The translations under genes and the position numbers were made by a program. This document shows positions 11,597 through 24,553 of a stretch of 64,000 nt of DNA, in pieces (position 1 is the first letter of the stretch; every line of letters begins with the position of its first letter). The notes beneath the pieces were generated by a model. That model searched no databases, was not told where the DNA came from, and worked only from the letters and a program-made list of their open reading frames with translations. The stretch lies in NCBI GenBank assembly GCA_043228905.1, contig JBHGNT010000003.1:8990001-9054000 (forward strand), given 5' to 3'. Origin of the DNA: Azolla caroliniana. Lineage: Eukaryota; Plantae; Polypodiophyta.

Positions 11597-12400
11597 AGGC
11601 GTCCCTCCTTGCGGGGGAGTCGGCCGAAAAGTCGACTTGAGTGTCGACTGGTCGAAATCGGCCGAAAAGCCGAAAAGAGTCGAATTACTGAAATCGGCCG
11701 AAAAACCGAATTACCGAATTTGGTCGAAATTCGGAAAGTAAAAGAATAGTCAGTTGCGAAGAACCGAATCGGGGGTTAGCTGATCGAATTCGGTGAGAGA
11801 GTCAAGTTCGTATTCAATCGAATAGACACACATATACATATACATATGTCTTCTACATTCAAAGAACAAAATGACTTAGTATATATATGTTGACAGGCCT
11901 GGTAGTGCGCCTGTATGTGGGATAACTCACTAAGAGTGAAATAGTGAGAAAAGGGGAAAACCTACATAGCGTATGTGAGGGTGTGAGATATATATATATG
12001 AGAGAAAAACGAGTTGTGTGCGTGTGGTAAATCTGAGAACGACTGGTTTTCTGCACAGTAGTGGCTGTGTAAGAGTACACGTACTCAGAAGCTAAGTAAG
12101 AAGAAAAGAAGTGTGAAGCAAAAGAGAAAAAAGACAGAGAAGCTTCGGAAGCTTCGGAAGGAATAGTCACCTGCGTGCTAGAGTTTGAAGAGCTTGACTG
12201 AAATCGTGGTTTCAGTACATGCTCATACCAAATCAGGTTTCATTGTTCTGTGATTGTATTCTGTCATTTCTCATAGTGAAATTTCTGTTCCGTGGTTTTT
12301 CCCTAAATCAGGGTTTTCCACGTAAATTGTGTGTTCTTTCTTATTTCATGTTTGCGTCTAAGTTCAATTTCTGATTTCGAATCGGAGTGAAACTCTTACA
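11587..12400 (+). repeat. 3' LTR of Copia-2 (814 bp)
   Basis: Follows PPT AGGAGTGAAGGGGGAG; TG...CA; TSD after it. Confidence 0.96.
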
Positions 12401-13064
12401 TAATGCCCATGAGATGTATATCCATCCACATAATCCATGCACTTTGGAAGGACATAACACATAATGAAGAGGATAATTCAACGTCACCCTTACTAAACTA
12501 AAAACAGTCAAAGTGCACAACTTAAATAAGCACTCTCTTATGTGACAAACTATAGTTCTTCATTAAAAGAGCACAAATGTCTTGCATCCATACCACAAGG
12601 TCATGAGCTTCACTCACATTGTATAGATTGTGCATGGTTCAATCACTCCACCCGAGTGCTTGACCAAGACTTGACATCCATTGCCCATTCCTCTACTTTT
12701 CAAATTCAAACCATGTCTTTTTACATCTCTTCTACCATGGAAATTGCAAGCCAAGTGGAAATTATACGTTTGATGGGCATCAATAGTTTTTGTCCCATTA
12801 TAACTCATAAGCATGTTCATAGTGACAATACTACATGGGTTTTTCCCTCCACCCACATGCCTTTGGAAGAAATAATGGCCACTCCCCAACCTTCCTAAGT
12901 ATTGGATGGTGGCCTTGTTTGATCTTCAAATCAGGTTCTAGGTTTTAAGCCACAATTAGAGACATTTTCCCAAGGTTCATGAAAAGTTTCGAGCTTAAAG
13001 TCTAAATCTACCTTTCCTTGAACTGCCACAATTTCATTATCACTATAATACGTGCAAAGAACAT

Positions 13065-13327
13065 TGTTGAGAATCGAACTCAACTTCCCATAGAATCAAT
13101 GTTCACACTAGCCAGTGGACATCATACTAGGATAGATTTGTAATTAGTAGAAAGGGCACTTGCCCTAGATGAGTTGGTATTTAAACCAATCGTTTCTAAC
13201 TTAGTTACTATTGGATGTAATATACAGTTTCTTATGTTAGGGCTCTCTCTCTTTCTCTCTCTCTTGTCTCACGTGTACATACACACACAGTCCTTCCTTT
13301 GCACATAATCACTCTCGATTCTTTACA
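13065..13327 (+). repeat. 5' LTR of Copia-3
   Basis: TGTTGAG...TTACA followed by PBS. Confidence 0.9.
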
Positions 13328-16300
13328 TGGTATCAAAGGGCGTGGTAGCTTGATCCAAGCCCATCGTCTTTATGTGTGTTGTGCTCAAGCTCGAAGAGAA
13401 CCGGTTGATCGTTGTAGCAACGATTTCTGCACAGCTCGCATCAAGAGTAGAAGAAGCTCAACAATGAACACCTAGTTGGGAAGCACTCTTCCCACCGAGA
13501 AGCTCGATAGAACAAACTTCACATCTTGGGAGTACAAGATGCATCAGTACCTTGTCGGACAAGGTTACTAGAGCTACATCGAGGGAGCTCACGAAACACA
13601 ACCCAACCCGACACACGCCGACTACCTAGCATGGGAGTAGGCTGTGAGCCGTGTGTTGTACTACCTTGCGTCATGCGTTCATGACCACATGCTTGGCTAT
13701 ATTCGAGATTTGAAAACACCGAAAGAAGCTTGGGGAAATCTCAAGAAGATTTTTGCAGCCAATACGGCTACACAAAAGCTCCAACTTCGACAAGAGCTAA
13801 ACAACATGCAACAGAGGGACATGTTGATCACTGGTTATACCTTGAAGATCAAGGAGCTGTGCAATGCCCTTGGTTCGATTGATGTCATCATCGACGAAGA
13901 AATGGTGCAAATATGCCTCGGCTCCTTGGCACCTCGATTTGGCACGATAAGGTTGGCCATTCTTGCAAGGGAGAACCCTCCCTCCTTTTTCGACCTTGAA
14001 TCAATTCTGTTGGTCGAAGAAAGTCACGTTCGACAAAGGAACAACGTGCCTGATGGTCAGATGCTCTACTCACAATCGGATGATAGAAGAGGATTCGGTC
14101 ATGGAAACAGAGGTCAATTCGAACGAGGCTGACACGGTCGGCCGACCCAAGATCGTAACTTCCACCAATGGAAAGAGGATAGAAACAATCCTAGACTATT
14201 TGGCAAAAGGGGAGCCACCCCTCCGGACCGAGCAATCTTAACAACCTGAGTGAATGCGGGTACTATGTAAAACACAACCACTATGAAGAGGAGTGCCGAA
14301 AAAAGATACAAGACTCGGCATCAACTAGCCGACAACTCATGAACTACGCTTCGAATTCCAACTACGACGATCGTGGCGGGATGTTCGTAATGAGGCATGA
14401 AGCACAATCGATGTCGGTAGAGGCCCGGACTAGCACCTCTTCATCAGATAGCATATGGTTTGTCGAGTCTAGAGCATCCAATCAGATGAAGTCCCATGAA
14501 GATTGGTTCCGAGAATTACAAAAGCCCAATCAACCCGGCTATGTCGAAAGCAGAGATGATACGACTCACCCAATTTGGCATGTTGGAAATGTTCGAATCA
14601 GAAATGATTGCAAACAAACCTACTGGAAGAACATCTTGCATGTCCCAACCTTCACGAAAAACCTGGTCTCGGTCGACCAGATTGTCGAACAAGGTATGCA
14701 AGTACGATTCAATAATGAAGGGTGGTTCATCGAAAAGGACGATCAAATTATAGCGCACGGTTGCTGAGAAGGCTGAATGTTCATCATCGAATCAGAGGAG
14801 GTGAAATGGGCTATGTTCGCAAAAGGCCTCAAAGTCGAAACAGACTTCAAACTGTAGCACAAGAGATTTGGCCACATCAATCTTCAAAAGCTCTAGAACA
14901 TGCAGACAAAAGGAGTCGTAATCGGACTACTGACATTTGTTGAGAAGGAGATTATAGGCGTATGCGAGGAATGCCAATTTGCAAAACAACACCGACATCC
15001 ATTCCCGAAAGAGAGGAATGTGAGCAAAGGGATCTTGGATGTAGTACATTCAAATGTGTGGGGACCAGGCCCGACGACAACATTCGGTGGTTGCCGATAT
15101 TATGTCACGTTCATCAACGACTTCTCTAGACATATTTGGCTCTGCCCGATGAAACAGAAGAGCGAAGTGTTCGGCCATTTGCAAAGGTTAAAAAACAAAG
15201 TCGAACAAGCCACGAGTCGGCACGTACGCTGCCTTCGATTGGATGGAGGCGAAGAATATTTCTCAGATGAGTTTACTGCATATCTCTAAAAGGAAGGAAT
15301 ACAACGAGAATTCTCGTGTCGACATACACCTCACCAAAATGGTGTAGCCAAACGAAAGAATCGACACATAGTAGAGGTTGCACGGGCAATGATGAATGAG
15401 AAGAACCTACCAAAATCGTACTGGGCAAAAGCGGCGAACACAACCATACGTGTACAACCTCTGGGGTACACGACGTAACCCCTCATGAGAGGTTGTTTGG
15501 AAAGAAGCCAGATTTATCACATGTCTGGATTTTCGACTCCATCGCCTAAGTGCATATTCCCGACGAGACGCAACAAAAGCTCAACCCGAGTCAGAGAAAT
15601 GTATCCTCGTAGGGTACTCCCTTGAACAGAAGGGGTACAAATGCTACAACCCATCTCCCCGAAAAGCTTGAGTAAGTCGAGAAGTCGTTTTCAACGAGTC
15701 CGCATCCTAGTACGCACCATAGACAACTTCGACTCTAATTCCGCTTGACCCGGACTCCGCCGAAATGGAGATAGAAGATGAAGATCGGCTCACACACATG
15801 TTCGAAGAAAGCCCAATTACGACAAGGCTTAGTGGGCCACAAGAGCCTTCAAGCAATCAAAACACATCTCGGCCGAGTCCGAAGCTGGACAAAGGGAAGG
15901 CAAAAATGCTAGAATATGAAGACCTGATGGACAATGAGTCAACTGATAGTGAGTTCGAAGGCCTCAACATCCAGACAAATAGAGCAAAGAAAACCATTGC
16001 GGCGGCAAATAAAAAACTCCTTCGGTTCACTCGTGGAAAGAACCCCGTAAGCCTATACGGCTACAATAAGTACATGGTGTACCATTATGCCTTTATGATG
16101 AAGGCAGTAACTGCACGGGAGCCGGAAACATTTTCCGAAGCCTTGAAGGACCCACGATGGGTCAACGCGATGAATGAAGAAATGCAAGCCTTATGCAAAA
16201 ACGAGAAATGGGATCTCGTTTCTCAATCTCTGCACAAGAAAGCGATTGGTTGCAGATGGATTTACAAAGTGAAACACAATGCCGATGGATTTACTGATGG

Positions 16301-17661
16301 ATTGGCTCCGTAAATCGCTTCAAAGCACGGCTCATAGCGAAAGGATACGCACAAACGCATGGAGTCAATTACGAAGAGACCTTTGCCTCGGTGGCAAAGA
16401 TGACGACTGTGCAAATTGTGATTGCACTCGCAACCGCAAAAGGGTGACATCTCCACCAAATGAATGTCAAGAATGCCCTTCTTCAAGGCGAATTGGAAGA
16501 GGTGTATATGGTACAACCACCCGACTTCGAATCCCGTACTCTTCCAAAAGTCGTGTGCCGACTCAAGAAGTCGATCTACGGGCCTCAAGCAAGCACCGCG
16601 TGCTTGGCATTCGAAGATCACTCAGTATCTTCACCAAATCGGCTTTTGAATGTCAAAATCGGATGTTAACTCCTTGTACATTCGAAACGAGCTGCACAAC
16701 CCAATTGTCATTATCCTATATGTGGATGATCTAGTAATAAGAGGAAAGGATCTCGCCAAGATTATTAAAGTCAAATCATTCCTATCCAGCATATTCGAAA
16801 TGAAAGACTTGCACGAGCTCCATTGCTTCCTTGGCATTGAAGCAATTCGAACACTAGTCGGGATATTGATCTCTCAACGGGAGTACATTCTCAACTTACT
16901 CTACAAGTTCGGAATGACCGAGTGCAAACCTGTGTCTAACCCTCTCGACCGAAATCTCAAGCTCGATGTCGATTCGGGCGCAACCGAATGCGATCCGACT
17001 AAGTATCGACAACTGATCGGCAGTATAATTTATCTAACCATCACATGAACTGACCTCAGCTATTTAGTATGCTTACTTAGCCAATTCATGCATAACCCAC
17101 AAAATGATCATCTTGACTACACAAAGAGGATACTTCGGTATGTCAGTACGACGATGGATTACGACATCCTATATAAGTCAAATACACTTATTCGACTCGA
17201 AGGGTACACGAACGCAGACTAGGCTGGTTATAAGGTCGATAGAAGATGCACTTTCGTATTCGTCTTCTCCCTCAGCAGCGGAGTGATCTCCTGGAGCAAC
17301 AAGAAACAACCAACGAAATCGATCTCCAACACATCAATACGAGCCTTCAAGGTGCTGATATCTTTACGAAGGCCTTAGGAGTCAAAAAGCTTGGGCAATT
17401 CGCATCGTACCTTCATCTCACAATCTCTACATTGCTGAACTTGAGGGGGAGTACATCAGTTGACACGGAAGCAGTCGAGAAGCAGAAGTAACCGATCAAT
17501 CGATTGAAGCCGACCAGAGGAGTTGAAGTACAAACAAATAATCGAACAATCGAAATCGAAAACCGAAATAAAAAAGCAAAGTGGAAGCTGATTCAACTCA
17601 ATCGAATTATTTAGAAGTCCAAACCAAAACAACCTTTTGAGATCCGAAAGTTGTGTTCAAA

Positions 17662-17835
17662 TTGAGAATCAAACTCAACTTCCCATAGAAACAGTGTCCA
17701 CACTAAACAATGGACATCATACTAGGCTAGATTTGTAATTAGTAGAAAGGGCACTTACCCTAGATAAGTTGGTATTTAAACCAACCTTTTGTAACCTAGT
17801 TATTGTTGGATGTAATATACATTTTCTTGTGTTAG

Positions 17836-17878
<43 letters not shown>

Positions 17879-17933
17879 GTGCACATACACACACAGTCCT
17901 TCCTTTGCACAGAATCACTCTAAATTCTTTACA
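17662..17933 (+). repeat. 3' LTR of Copia-3 (terminal TG missing)
   Basis: Aligns to 13067-13327; longer (CT)n; ends TTTACA plus TSD. Confidence 0.88.
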
Positions 17934-20630
17934 AACATCTTCATGAAGTAGAAAACATTTCAACCTTTTGTCATCTATTCTTTCATAGAGCCCCTTCTTC
18001 GACTTTATTTTTACTTGGTCTTTCTCACAAACACTAAGTGTTTCAATTGGCATTGCTAGAAAGTCAATGGTTGTTGACAACGTTAGGGTTAAGTCAACTC
18101 AATGTGAGATTTCAAGATTATCGCTCACTTTGACTCATGGTATCCTCACATAATCGACAACCATTGTTCTAAAGTGCCCACAACTGGAATAGGAGATCCA
18201 TTCAAATTCTTTAATTTCAATGTCCATAAGGTTGCCTCTTTAGGGGAAGAAAGTGTATATTCTCGTTTTAGCAATTTTTGATAGATGGCGATCATCATCT
18301 TTTCCTACTTTTTATAGTCTTACAATTCAAACTCTTATTCTTCTTTTAATAGACCAACCTGATACTCTTCGTCTTCTTTGAAGTTCACTAAATCATCAAA
18401 CTCTCCCACGAAATTGGACATGAAGAAATATTTTCCAACATCCTCTTCATCCAGCCATATGCCATATTACCTTTGATAGATCTCCCAAATAAAATCATAT
18501 CCAAAACATTGTTGTCTTCCCTCAATGTCTGAGTCAAGGGACATTATCTATGATACCCACCTGGAGCATTACTACATCTAGTATCATGATATTTGTTATC
18601 ATGTTCACATTAGTAAGAGAATTCATTTCAACAGTTACATCAACCCCAATTGAATAGTCATTGTTTGTCTTGATTGCAAATACAATTCCTCAAAGCTTCC
18701 TTTTCCACAACATATACCTTGTTTGCCACTCATTTCATTATACTTTCGCATTGAAGTGCATTAAATTTCATACCCTTTCTTTAATTTTTAGCTTTTAACA
18801 ATCCAACCAATCTAGATTGGACTTGTGACAATTGATGTTTCCAAAAATGTAATCTAACTTCTTTAGTGACAGTGTCTTTTCATGAACTATGTGTTGCATG
18901 TGCATGAACAAGCACCAAGCCTCTATCTGCAAGTAGTGATCGAGGATCGAAAAAATGCATCAAATGGTGAGTTGTTCTACTCAACAAATGAGGTATTGCT
19001 AACAATTCCATCTTTAATTTCAAAGAAACAAATTGGTTAAATTGGCTAATTTGAAGAAGCGTCTGATTCTGGGTGCACACTTGTCACGAGCATGACCAAA
19101 GTTTATTCCATAGTATTCCACATGCAAGGATAAAGTGTGAGGGTTAATTGAGAGTGTAAAGAAGGGAGGATTACTTTTAATCCGAGGAATGAAGACAACC
19201 CATAAGGGCCAACTGTAAACTTTCTTAGCGGCCTTAAGTCGAACTATATATATAAGCTCTACCTACCGTCCTTAGAAACATCATTTTGACTACATCAAGA
19301 CTGTGATCGTGTGGTGAACAAACTCTTGTAGCGAGCGCCAACACCAAGTACGACTCAATGCCATGGCAATGGTATGGGACGTCGATGAAGGCTCGAGACC
19401 GTCTCGATCCCTTCACTCGGGGGTGGTCGGGTGGATTGACGCCCTTCTTTCTCTCTCTTGCTCTATCTATCTATCTATCTTATTTTTCCTTATCTCATGC
19501 TTACATTAGAATTAAGCTCTAACATATAGTATCCAAGCATTTTTTCTAATTTTTCTTTTGTTGTGATTTTTTTCGGATGTCGATCGATCGATGTTCATTC
19601 GAGCTTGATCTAGAAACACATCAACAAAGGAACCGATACTTCTTTTATTCTTTTTCCTCCCATTTTAATCATGGTTATGTCGATATGTAATAATTTCAAT
19701 GATTCAATTATGTTGTAGTGGTACTGGTAATAGTTTGGTTGTATAAAACATACATATGCTACTGTTTACGTATGCATATGAGGTGAATACCTCAATTGCC
19801 ATGTATTTGATAATGCGGATAGATGCCAAATGCTTGTTTGTGCACTTCACAATAGCGTCACATATTATTGTCTTTAGCTTTAGCACATCATAATGTATCA
19901 ACAATGTCGTCCTAGTGTAATATGCATTTATGGTAGAATGTGCATGCACTAAGAATATTCTTACTTCCAAGGGTAATTCACATTATTCATTTATTTTTAA
20001 ACCATATTGACCTTCATCAAGGATGGCACCCATAGGGTTCGCAAAAGTCTCCAACAATGAGGAATCTCTGTATTATCTCCTCAGAATTAGCTCTTTGATT
20101 TGACATAAATTTTCAACATCTTAGTTTATCTTTGGTTTTGTTCTACTAAGTTTTTTATGGTGCAACATTTTTATGCTTAGAATGCATCTTGTACTACCTT
20201 GTTCATTTCATTCATCATGTAAGAACCAAGTTTAAAGCTGCTTTTTATGAAAGAGTCCACAGTCTCACTAGATAATTCAAGGTTCACATTGCTGTTATAT
20301 TGTAGTTATCTAGAACTTGTTCGAATTGTATATAAACAAAAGTAAAACTCACCCATTGAATACATTATAAGACTATGAGTGCTTTTGTGAACTCATTGAT
20401 GATCATCTTGATCTTGGAATTACAAATCGAAACAATTTATCTGTGGGTCCTCTAAATAAATAGGGTTTCCTAATTATTTATGCTAAAGCAATGTGTTGTG
20501 TGCATGTATGCGAGAGGAGAGAAGTTGAGAAAAGAGCTAGGGATTAGTCAACATAAATAGTCATGGGTAGAGATTGTAGGTTAAATTGAGAAGGGGAAGA
20601 GAAAAGCAAAAAGGAAAGGGAAAAGGAAAG

Positions 20631-21159
20631 GGTGAAATGATAAGAGAAAGGGGAGTAGAGAAAGGTACAGCGCGAACGGAGATGGAAAGAGTATATTGTA
20701 CTCCCACAAAGACTTCGTCGTCTAGGAAAGATGGGGTCTCTCATGACCAATTGATGGTACGACAAGCAAAATTCTATCCGAAGGAGAGACAAGCAAGTCT
20801 CAACCCACTAGGATATGACTCTAGCTAGCCCCAATCAAGGTCAAGGTCTTTAATAGCTATCTAAGTGGAATAAAGTGAACTCCTTTTGGTGAACAATGTG
20901 ATGAAAAGTTCAGGTGTTTCGGTCAAACTGATTGTGTGTGTGTGTGGCTTGGGAAAGATAAAGGAAATGTTGAAATGGTCTTCATTTTGGATTGTTTATA
21001 ATAACTTTAAAAATTCTCACATGTGTTTGAGTACCCATTATATACATATTGAAGTTGTGTCATGCCAACCCATCCATCCATCCATTATTAAGTAGTTCCT
21101 AATTGTTAATTAGTAGGTAGGTATTTCGTTAGATACTTAGCTCCTAATTCTCGAATGTA
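20631..21159 (+). promoter_or_regulatory. Conserved upstream/promoter region of PGG paralogue 2
   Basis: Aligns with 4665-5272; W-box cores GGTCAA near 20839 and 20921; TATA-like element near 21040. Confidence 0.65.
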
Positions 21160-22176
21160 ATGAGTTTTCATATTGCCATGACCGACACCGAGCCCTCCTC
21201 CTTGGAAAAGCTCAATGGCGAGGAAAATTCGAGTAGTATACGACGGCCCCCGATGTTGAAAGTGAATCGGGAGGTGTCGGAGGAGAACCTTCGGAGGTTG
21301 ACGGAAGTGGAACGTGCGGTGCTGTGGGAGGTGGAAATGGCACGGCGGTGCGTACACAACTTCGGAAGGATGTCGAGCGCCCATTCCATCATCCTCTCCC
21401 TCCTCGTAACCGTCAATCTCATCGGGTTCCTTCAACCGCCCAAAGGCTGGGACACGAATGACGATAAGAGCATGATGTACACCACTGCAGCTATCAGATG
21501 CTTCTCCATCACCAATGCTCTCTCTGTCTATAGTGCCATCACTGGGCTGCTCTTCTATATCTATTGCAGCTATACATCCATGCTGCCATTGGGAACATTT
21601 CCGCTCCCAATGGGAGGAACGGGGGACAGGTACGACGAGCGCGCGATCGAGTTGCTCCACCAGACGCGCGCCTTCTTGCGGTGCGTGGCATTGCCATCCG
21701 TTAGCCGCCGCTCATTCTTCCAATTCACCTTCCTTACCTTATCCCTCCTCTTCTCTGGTATGGCATTCATCTCCGCCGGTATGGCCGCTGTGGGGCCTCA
21801 CGATTGGGTCATCAAAGGGCCCGCATTGCCCGGTTGCCTATGTGTGGTGGTCGCTCTGTGCCTCGCGGTACGTAAGTATTGGAAGGAGCTCCGATTCGAC
21901 AAGCGTTTCGACTTCTTCTGGAAGAACGTGGCTCGTATTGACGGCCGCCTCATCCCGGAATTGGTTTCGATAGACCAAGACGATCACTCGGGCTTGGATC
22001 CGATCCCCTTCAGATGGGCCACTAAACACATTGCCCCTTATGAATGCAAGCACGTCAAGCACGGCAAACACTGCCATCCTTCTCAGGTCCTTCACAAATT
22101 TGCCAATTCTTTGATGGCCTGTTGTGGACTCAAGCGTGATGAACACCTCCATCCTTCTCACACGCACATGGTGTGA
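21160..22176 (+). CDS. PGG-domain membrane protein, paralogue 2, 338 aa
   Basis: Intact ORF, highly similar to paralogues 1 and 3 (FLQPPKGW, RAIELLHQTRAFLRCV, KYWKEL.FDKRFDFFW). Confidence 0.83.
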   Translation: MSFHIAMTDTEPSSLEKLNGEENSSSIRRPPMLKVNREVSEENLRRLTEVERAVLWEVEMARRCVHNFGRMSSAHSIILSLLVTVNLIGFLQPPKGWDTNDDKSMMYTTAAIRCFSITNALSVYSAITGLLFYIYCSYTSMLPLGTFPLPMGGTGDRYDERAIELLHQTRAFLRCVALPSVSRRSFFQFTFLTLSLLFSGMAFISAGMAAVGPHDWVIKGPALPGCLCVVVALCLAVRKYWKELRFDKRFDFFWKNVARIDGRLIPELVSIDQDDHSGLDPIPFRWATKHIAPYECKHVKHGKHCHPSQVLHKFANSLMACCGLKRDEHLHPSHTHMV

Positions 22177-24553
22177 GAATTAGACACACACAAAGAGAGA
22201 GAGAGAATGTATATGTGTATTGTATATTGTATATTGTATTGTTGTAAAGTTCCATATCCTTTACTATGTATATGAGAGGTCACAAATCTTCATCTAAAGT
22301 GATATGAAATTTGGTAATAATAAAATGTTAAAATAAGGAAACTAAAATGTTTTTATGTTATTAATTATTCTAACACCTCCCATAATATAAAACACATTTT
22401 AGTTTTGGGCCCTTTGTAAATAGAGGCCGATTTTATTACAACAATTCCGATGCTTTTAATATGACACTGGCTTAGTCAAAAAATCCGCTCACATTGTTGT
22501 TGTTGAGGTGTAAAATAGCAACATTTCTTTTAATTCCACCAAATTATTCTCTAATAAAGTGATGGCTTTCTCCGATATGTTTGTTTTGATCGGCGATCTT
22601 AAGATTTGTTGCTATCTTTATATATGATTAGTTGTCACAAAACATCTTCATTTTCGTAAGCTTAAAGATGTCAAGTTCTTCAATTATGGTTTTGATCAAA
22701 AATCCTTTTTTGGCCGTTAGAGCATCTGCCACATACTCAACTTCAGTGCTTGAAAGTGCTACAGATACTTGACGCTTGCTTTTCCAAGTGATTGCGGCAC
22801 CACCAAATATAAAGACCATGCTTGATGTTGAGTGGGAGGTATCAAGATCCCCTAAACCCTTCAATTGACACGGGCTATCATTTGAGTTACTTCTATACAA
22901 TTGCGAGTTACCTTGATTCTAAGACAAGATCTTTCACTAGGAACTTCTCATTTAATTGATTTATTGTCTTCCATATTGAAGTTATAGAATTAGAGGCAAT
23001 CAATAAATCATCAACGTAAACACCAATAAATACATAGATAGCGCCTTCCTTGCAAATATAGATATTTGGTTCGGTTTGATGACAATTAAGGCCAATGGAA
23101 ACAAGATAAGTATGTAATTTGAAATGCCACATACACAAGATTGTTTTAGACTATATAATGATTTGTGGAGTTTACAAACATAGTCCGGAAATTAAGGATC
23201 TAAATAAATGACTCGATTGCTCCATATAAATCTCCTCCTCGAGTTCTCCATATATAAAACCAACCACAATGTCGAGATGATGGAGTTCGAGGTTAAGGCT
23301 AGCGGAAATAGAGAACATTAACCATAGAGGCACCATCTTTAAGGTAGGTGCAAAACTATATTTAAAATCTATGCCTGAGATTTGTGAAAATCCTCTAGCA
23401 ACAATACCTGCCTTAAATCGAACCACAATGCCATGGGTGTCAGGTTTCGTGGTAAGGACCCATTTGCATGAAAAGACATTTCGATCTTTGGGGCGTGGAA
23501 CTAAGGTCCAAATCTTATTCCGATTTAAAGCATCCATTTCGTCTTGCATTGCGGACTCCCATTTTGTAGCATCGGGACCATGAAGGGCCTTCTATGAGGT
23601 TAAGTCAAAAACTTGAGCATGATCATCCATAAATTCATAATGAATGTCATTATTGTTGACATCAACCAATAGCATTTCAATTAGTTCAGATATCTCCATG
23701 TAAGTTCATTAATATTCTTAATTTTTCTTTTGATTTTAGGTTTTCTTGATTTTAATAGTCGAAAATACACTTCATCCTCAAATTTTGAGTTTGGTGAAGA
23801 ACTAAGAATCGAGCTCTTGGAGAAAATTGCATGTGAGTCATTCTTATTAGTTCTTCCAGGGTCATTGAAATTTTCGCCAACTTTAGGTGAAATATCAAGA
23901 GATGATGAAGACAACAAAACATGAGTTGGGGTAGATCATCATTCTGCATTGGATAGGGGTAAATGATTGTTGTTCTTTTGATGAAGTTTGTCCATTAGTA
24001 AATTTAATTGTTGTTGTCATCCATCTTTATCTTTACTCGATCTATTTGCATGGTAGTAGCAAGCACTCGATTTAAACGGAATTTGATGATGATAATGTGT
24101 TACTTCACTTTGAATTATTGCATCCTCATCAAGCATTCACAGTCGTTCTCTAGTAATAGGGCCTTTATACTCTTTTATATGCAAGATATCCAAAGGCATT
24201 AGTAAGTTTGTATTATATATTTTGATGAGAATAGTCTACCTTGGTTGGAAGATTTTATAAGAGACCCTCCTCATCAAATGTAACTGATTGGCTAAATAAA
24301 AAAATTTCCTTGTCTTGAGATCAAACAATTTGTAAGCTTTGACTCCGGTTGATTCTCCATAACCAACAAAAATCCCCTTTCTAGCATGTGGATCTAATTT
24401 TCTCCTTTGTGGAATGTGACTATATGTCGTGGCACCAAATACAGGAAGGTGTGAAAGATTTGGTTTGTGACCAAACCACATTGCATATGGAGTACTTATT
24501 CAAACCAAGAGATTTATGAGGTGATCGGTTTTGAAGGTAGCAAGCTTCTATTT
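22172..24553 (-). mobile_element. Truncated degenerate Ty1/copia (3' LTR 22172-22375, RNase H, RT, integrase C-terminus)
   Basis: Minus-strand GGGAGG|TGTTAG PPT/LTR junction at 22375; motifs WKSKRQVSVALSSTEVEY, YVDDLLI, EMDALNRNKIWTLV, KPNLSHLPVFG. Confidence 0.88.

Larger units (their letters stand above)
6791..12400 (+). mobile_element. Full-length Ty1/copia retrotransposon (Copia-2)
   Basis: Two LTRs, PBS 7536-7547, PPT 11569-11584, 5-bp TSD TAATG at 6786-6790 and 12401-12405, complete gag-PR-IN-RT-RH. Confidence 0.98.
13065..17933 (+). mobile_element. Degenerate full-length Ty1/copia retrotransposon (Copia-3)
   Basis: LTRs 13065-13327 and ~17662-17933, PBS TGGTATCAAAG at 13328, TSD AACAT (13060-13064, 17934-17938). 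gag starts at 13464; gag, PR, IN and RT (YVDDL) fragments carry many stops; RNase H core deleted near 17315. Confidence 0.95.

Noticed and set aside
17939-20540. Protein-coding genes in this interval
   Set aside because: Only short ORFs with no recognisable motif; probably decayed repeats that I cannot classify.
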